Position numbers and translations under genes: made by a program. DNA of 64,000 nt from Azolla caroliniana (taxonomy: Eukaryota > Plantae > Polypodiophyta): positions 1,116,001 to 1,180,000 of the forward strand of contig JBHGNT010000007.1 of the NCBI GenBank assembly GCA_043228905.1, given 5' to 3'. This document shows positions 60,379-64,000 of the stretch, in pieces (position 1 is the stretch's first letter; each line of letters starts with the position of its first letter). The notes under the pieces are model-generated. The model was not told the DNA's origin, searched no databases, and was given only the letters and a program-made list of their open reading frames with translations.

Positions 60379-63300
60379 TTTTTTTTTTCCCCAAAATGAA
60401 GCCACTTTCCCATTAGTTAGGTAGGATTATTACAAAGAGACTGTACAAGGAGGCTTAAACATAGATCGGGGAATCTCCCTCCGCTCAAGTTCAAGAAGTT
60501 GAGACTAGTTACATCGCCTTTCGGACTGACTACTTAGTGTAAGTACCTATAGCTAAAACAGTGCCCTGCAGTGATAGCTAGTATGAGACAACTCTTGGGG
60601 TCGACAACAAAGGGAGGGTGGTAAGTGAGCCGGAAACAGCCAGCGTGGGGGCTGGTAGTTCCACCTCGGGCCACTACCTCCTTGTGTCATCATAGGTGTG
60701 TTCCGCCATTTCTGCCAAAGGCACAAACGGGCAGTACCCACGCCAGAGGAATGACTACAAACCTCATCCAATTGCCCTCGTAGGCAGCTAATAAGCGCAA
60801 ACCATATGTCCATGATCACTTCCTCCGGGGGCCGCACCAGATCCTGGAAGACGTTTAGGCAACATGCTTTCCATACATACCATAGGGTGAAGCCTGCGAG
60901 CAACATCCAAATGTCCGGGAACTTAGGGGACGTGGACTGCAAGCCTCTCTCAAATCGAATCTTGGCGATTTTGCCCCTCATGCATACATAACACTAACTA
61001 TCCGCATTGAAGGCGTCCGTCCACCCATTCATAGAGTGATCAAACCAAGCCGCAACACTCCACGATGCCGTTCCTTCCACTTCACATGCCGCAAGGAGGC
61101 GAGTCACTCTATCCCAAACCTTTTGAGCGTGAGGGCAATCCCACAGACAATGCCTCAGAGTCTCAATAGGTGAATGGCAAAGTGGGCAGCCTAACGGGCC
61201 GCCACGTTTACCTAGCCATTCGCCAACGGGAACCACATTATGACCAATTTGCCACCAAAAATACTTTATCTTTTTCGGCAAGTGGAGACGCCAGAGATCC
61301 TTCCAAAAGGTAATGAGCACCTCATCAGGGATGCCCACTGTACTCCAGCCATTGCGTAAGGGGCCGTCTAGTTGCAGTTGAAAAGCCCGACCCGGTTTAG
61401 TGTTGCACTCGAAGAAATGGCGAAATATGCCATCATGGTTCCACCTAAAATCCCTTGGGTCCCATTCTAGTGCGACGAGGGGACGACCGCCATATAACCA
61501 TAACTTCCAATGGGGTTCCACCTTAGCAATATCCGGGCTTGTCTTCCAGATGTTACCAACCTGTGCCACCACGTGGATAGGGGTGCCAAGAGCCCCTACT
61601 CAGACTCTCCCCAAAAATCCTATCTCTTTCCGATCCGCTCACGCTCTTCAACGCCTTAACCCTTCCAGCCTCATCAAAGAGACCGAACCACACATCTTCT
61701 CTCACCTCCCCCATTAGAACCCTATCAACTGCCTCAACTAGCAATCTCCGCATTTTCATGGCTCCCTTGAGGGGAGGGAATGGGACCTCCTAGGCTCCTC
61801 CTAAAGCCACCATGCGTCTCCAATCATCTAAAGAGTGAAGCCCTGTTTGCACCAACTTTCCCCATGCTAGGCCCTTAAGCTGGCCTAACATCATGTCGTC
61901 ACTTGTTCGCACCTGAGGGTTCCAAAATAATGGTTGTCTAGACCACTCAATTAGTGTCTCCGGCGTGTGCTGGACAAAATGATGTCATATGTGACACCAT
62001 GCCCGCAAGATGGAGTTTGTGACCCTCTCCTCCGGAAGACAAGCCATCTTGGGTGGGACGCCGCTCTTGCAACACCAATTCAAGGAGTCGGGCCAAGGCC
62101 TACCATACTTGGGAGTCCCTGCCTGCAACCTATTGCGAAGTAGAACCTTCCAACACCCCTTACTTGGCAAGAAGCTGTGAACCACCATTTTGGCAAGCCA
62201 TGCTCGGCTCTGCATTAAGGGGTCTATGAGGCCAAGCCCCCCTTTGGCCCGCGGTTGTGTTAACCAATGCCATGACACTCTGGCGGCAACCATCAGGTTG
62301 TCCTTACCTGACCATATAAAGCCCCTAATGGCAGCCTTAATCGCGCGCAAGCCTGAAGGATCCATAATCTAGCACGAGACTGAGTGCCACATGGTGGCGA
62401 GCATCACTTGGTTCGCAATAAGAACCCTACCAGCAAAGGATAGTTTAGACCTGCTCCATTGGTTCAACTTCTTGCTTAGTTTGGCTTGCACAAGTGACAA
62501 TTGCGCTCCCTTGGGGATTGCCCTCCCCATCGTAAAGCCAAGGTACTTGAATGTCGTCCCATCAGGGACCCATGCAAAAGCAACATGGGGATGCCACCTC
62601 GGCTTCTCTTGTTCGCTGAACCAGAAGCCTTGGGTTTTATCCCAATTGATCTTGGCACCGACAGCTTGACAAAAGTCTTCAACAAGATGTTCAGCTCGTT
62701 GCAAATTTGCATCATCGCCCTGCAAAAAAAGGACCGTATCGTCAACATATTCAGATAACAGAAGATCCTCAGTCACATTGGGGATGGGCAATCCCCTCAG
62801 TCCTCTGCTTGGTGCTTGTAAGTAGGCTGAGAAAGCCTCGGTTACGAAGAGATAGAGATATGGGGCAGGGGACAACCTTGCCTCACTGAGCGATGTAGTT
62901 GGAAGGCGGGGCCCCTTGCACCAGATACCAACACGCTACTGGTAGCAGTCCGATAGAGTGCAGAAGTGCAATTCGTCCATTGCGGGGGAAGGCTCATAGC
63001 TCTCATCACCCTTTCCAAAAAGGGCCATAACACCCTATCGTAGGCCTTCTCAAAGTCTAACATCAGAATAGCCGAGCTCGATGCGGTGCGATCTACCAAT
63101 GCCATAACTTCCCATAGAAGCAGCACATTATCAAAGATACACCTACCCCTGATAAACCATGTTTGATTCTCATGTATGATGTCCGGTAGGAAGCTTGCTA
63201 TCCACCTAGCTAGGACTTTTGCAAGTATCTTGTAAATCGTGTTAAGGATCGTGATTAGACGTCATTGGCGCAGCTCGAGGCTTCGCCTTGCTGCTTTAGG

Positions 63301-64000
63301 GATGAGATAGATCATCCCCTCCGCCAATCCAGTTGGCATCGCTCATGAGGACCAAATCTCTTGAATCCCGGCTTCCACTAACGGGATAACGGTTTCCCAA
63401 TGAATCTCAAAAACATCTCGTGAGAAACCATCAGGGCCGGGGCATGCTCCTCTTCGCAAATCTTGAAGTGCCTCCGAGAGTTCTAATCAAGAAATGGGGC
63501 TATCGAGCACAACTTCCATCTCATGGGTGACCTTGGGGTGAATGCAATCCATCACTCTCTCAGCCAACTCTGTGTTTTGCTGCATATGCATAGGTGCGAG
63601 CAGGTCGCGATAGTATTGGGTTGCTATATGCAAAATCTCATCCTTGTCCTCTGTTATTGAGCCATCTGGTTTGCGCAGTCCTTGTATATGTCCACCACCA
63701 CCCTTGGGTGCCCTGGAGTGAAAGAAATGACGGTTGACCTTGTCGTCTGTTCTAGCCCACCATGCTGCGGCCCTGCGAAATAGCATGTGGTTCTTCTCCA
63801 ACATCCTTTCCCGTAGCTTCAACTTTGCTTCCTCTAGCTTAGCTCTAGACCAATTGTAGCTAGGGTCTGCTTGTAGCAATCGTTGCGCGGCCGCAACGGA
63901 CTTCCGTAACTTTGTTTCAATGGCTCTAGCTTGCTGGAGGGCCAACTTGGTTTCCTGTTGTAAAAAGGAGGAGGAGAGGGCCAGTTTCTTTTGCAAATCC
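60379..64000 (-). mobile_element. L1-clade LINE ORF2 (RT, zf-RVT), 3' UTR and poly(A); disrupted, runs off the window
   Basis: LDFEKAYDRV, VRQGCPL, EYVDDTVLF, FKYLG and CPLCHSPIETLRHCLWDC; T-run at 60379-60388. Confidence 0.93.

Overview
Eukaryotic, repeat-rich land-plant DNA. The Tcn1-type chromoviruses, the non-chromovirus gypsy family and the abundant microsatellites suggest a non-seed plant such as a fern (inference). It holds one clear host gene, an intronless OVATE-family gene at 30597-32402, and one possible first exon near 52.2-52.55 kb. The rest is nested retrotransposons: L1-type LINEs, Ty1/copia elements, Tcn1-like Ty3/gypsy chromoviruses, a young near-intact tRNA-Trp-primed gypsy element and two related solo LTRs. 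Three observations stand out. (1) Three different LTR families carry an antisense tRNA-like A-box/B-box module in U3 with the same TAATGGTAAG-N29-GTTCGA spacing. (2) All three insertions of the TGTCGT...ACGACA gypsy group have 4-bp target-site duplications centred on CG. (3) The intact member of that group has a G_GAU_UUU slippery site plus an H-type pseudoknot that would join gag-protease to RT by a -1 frameshift. All alignments and foldings were done by eye.
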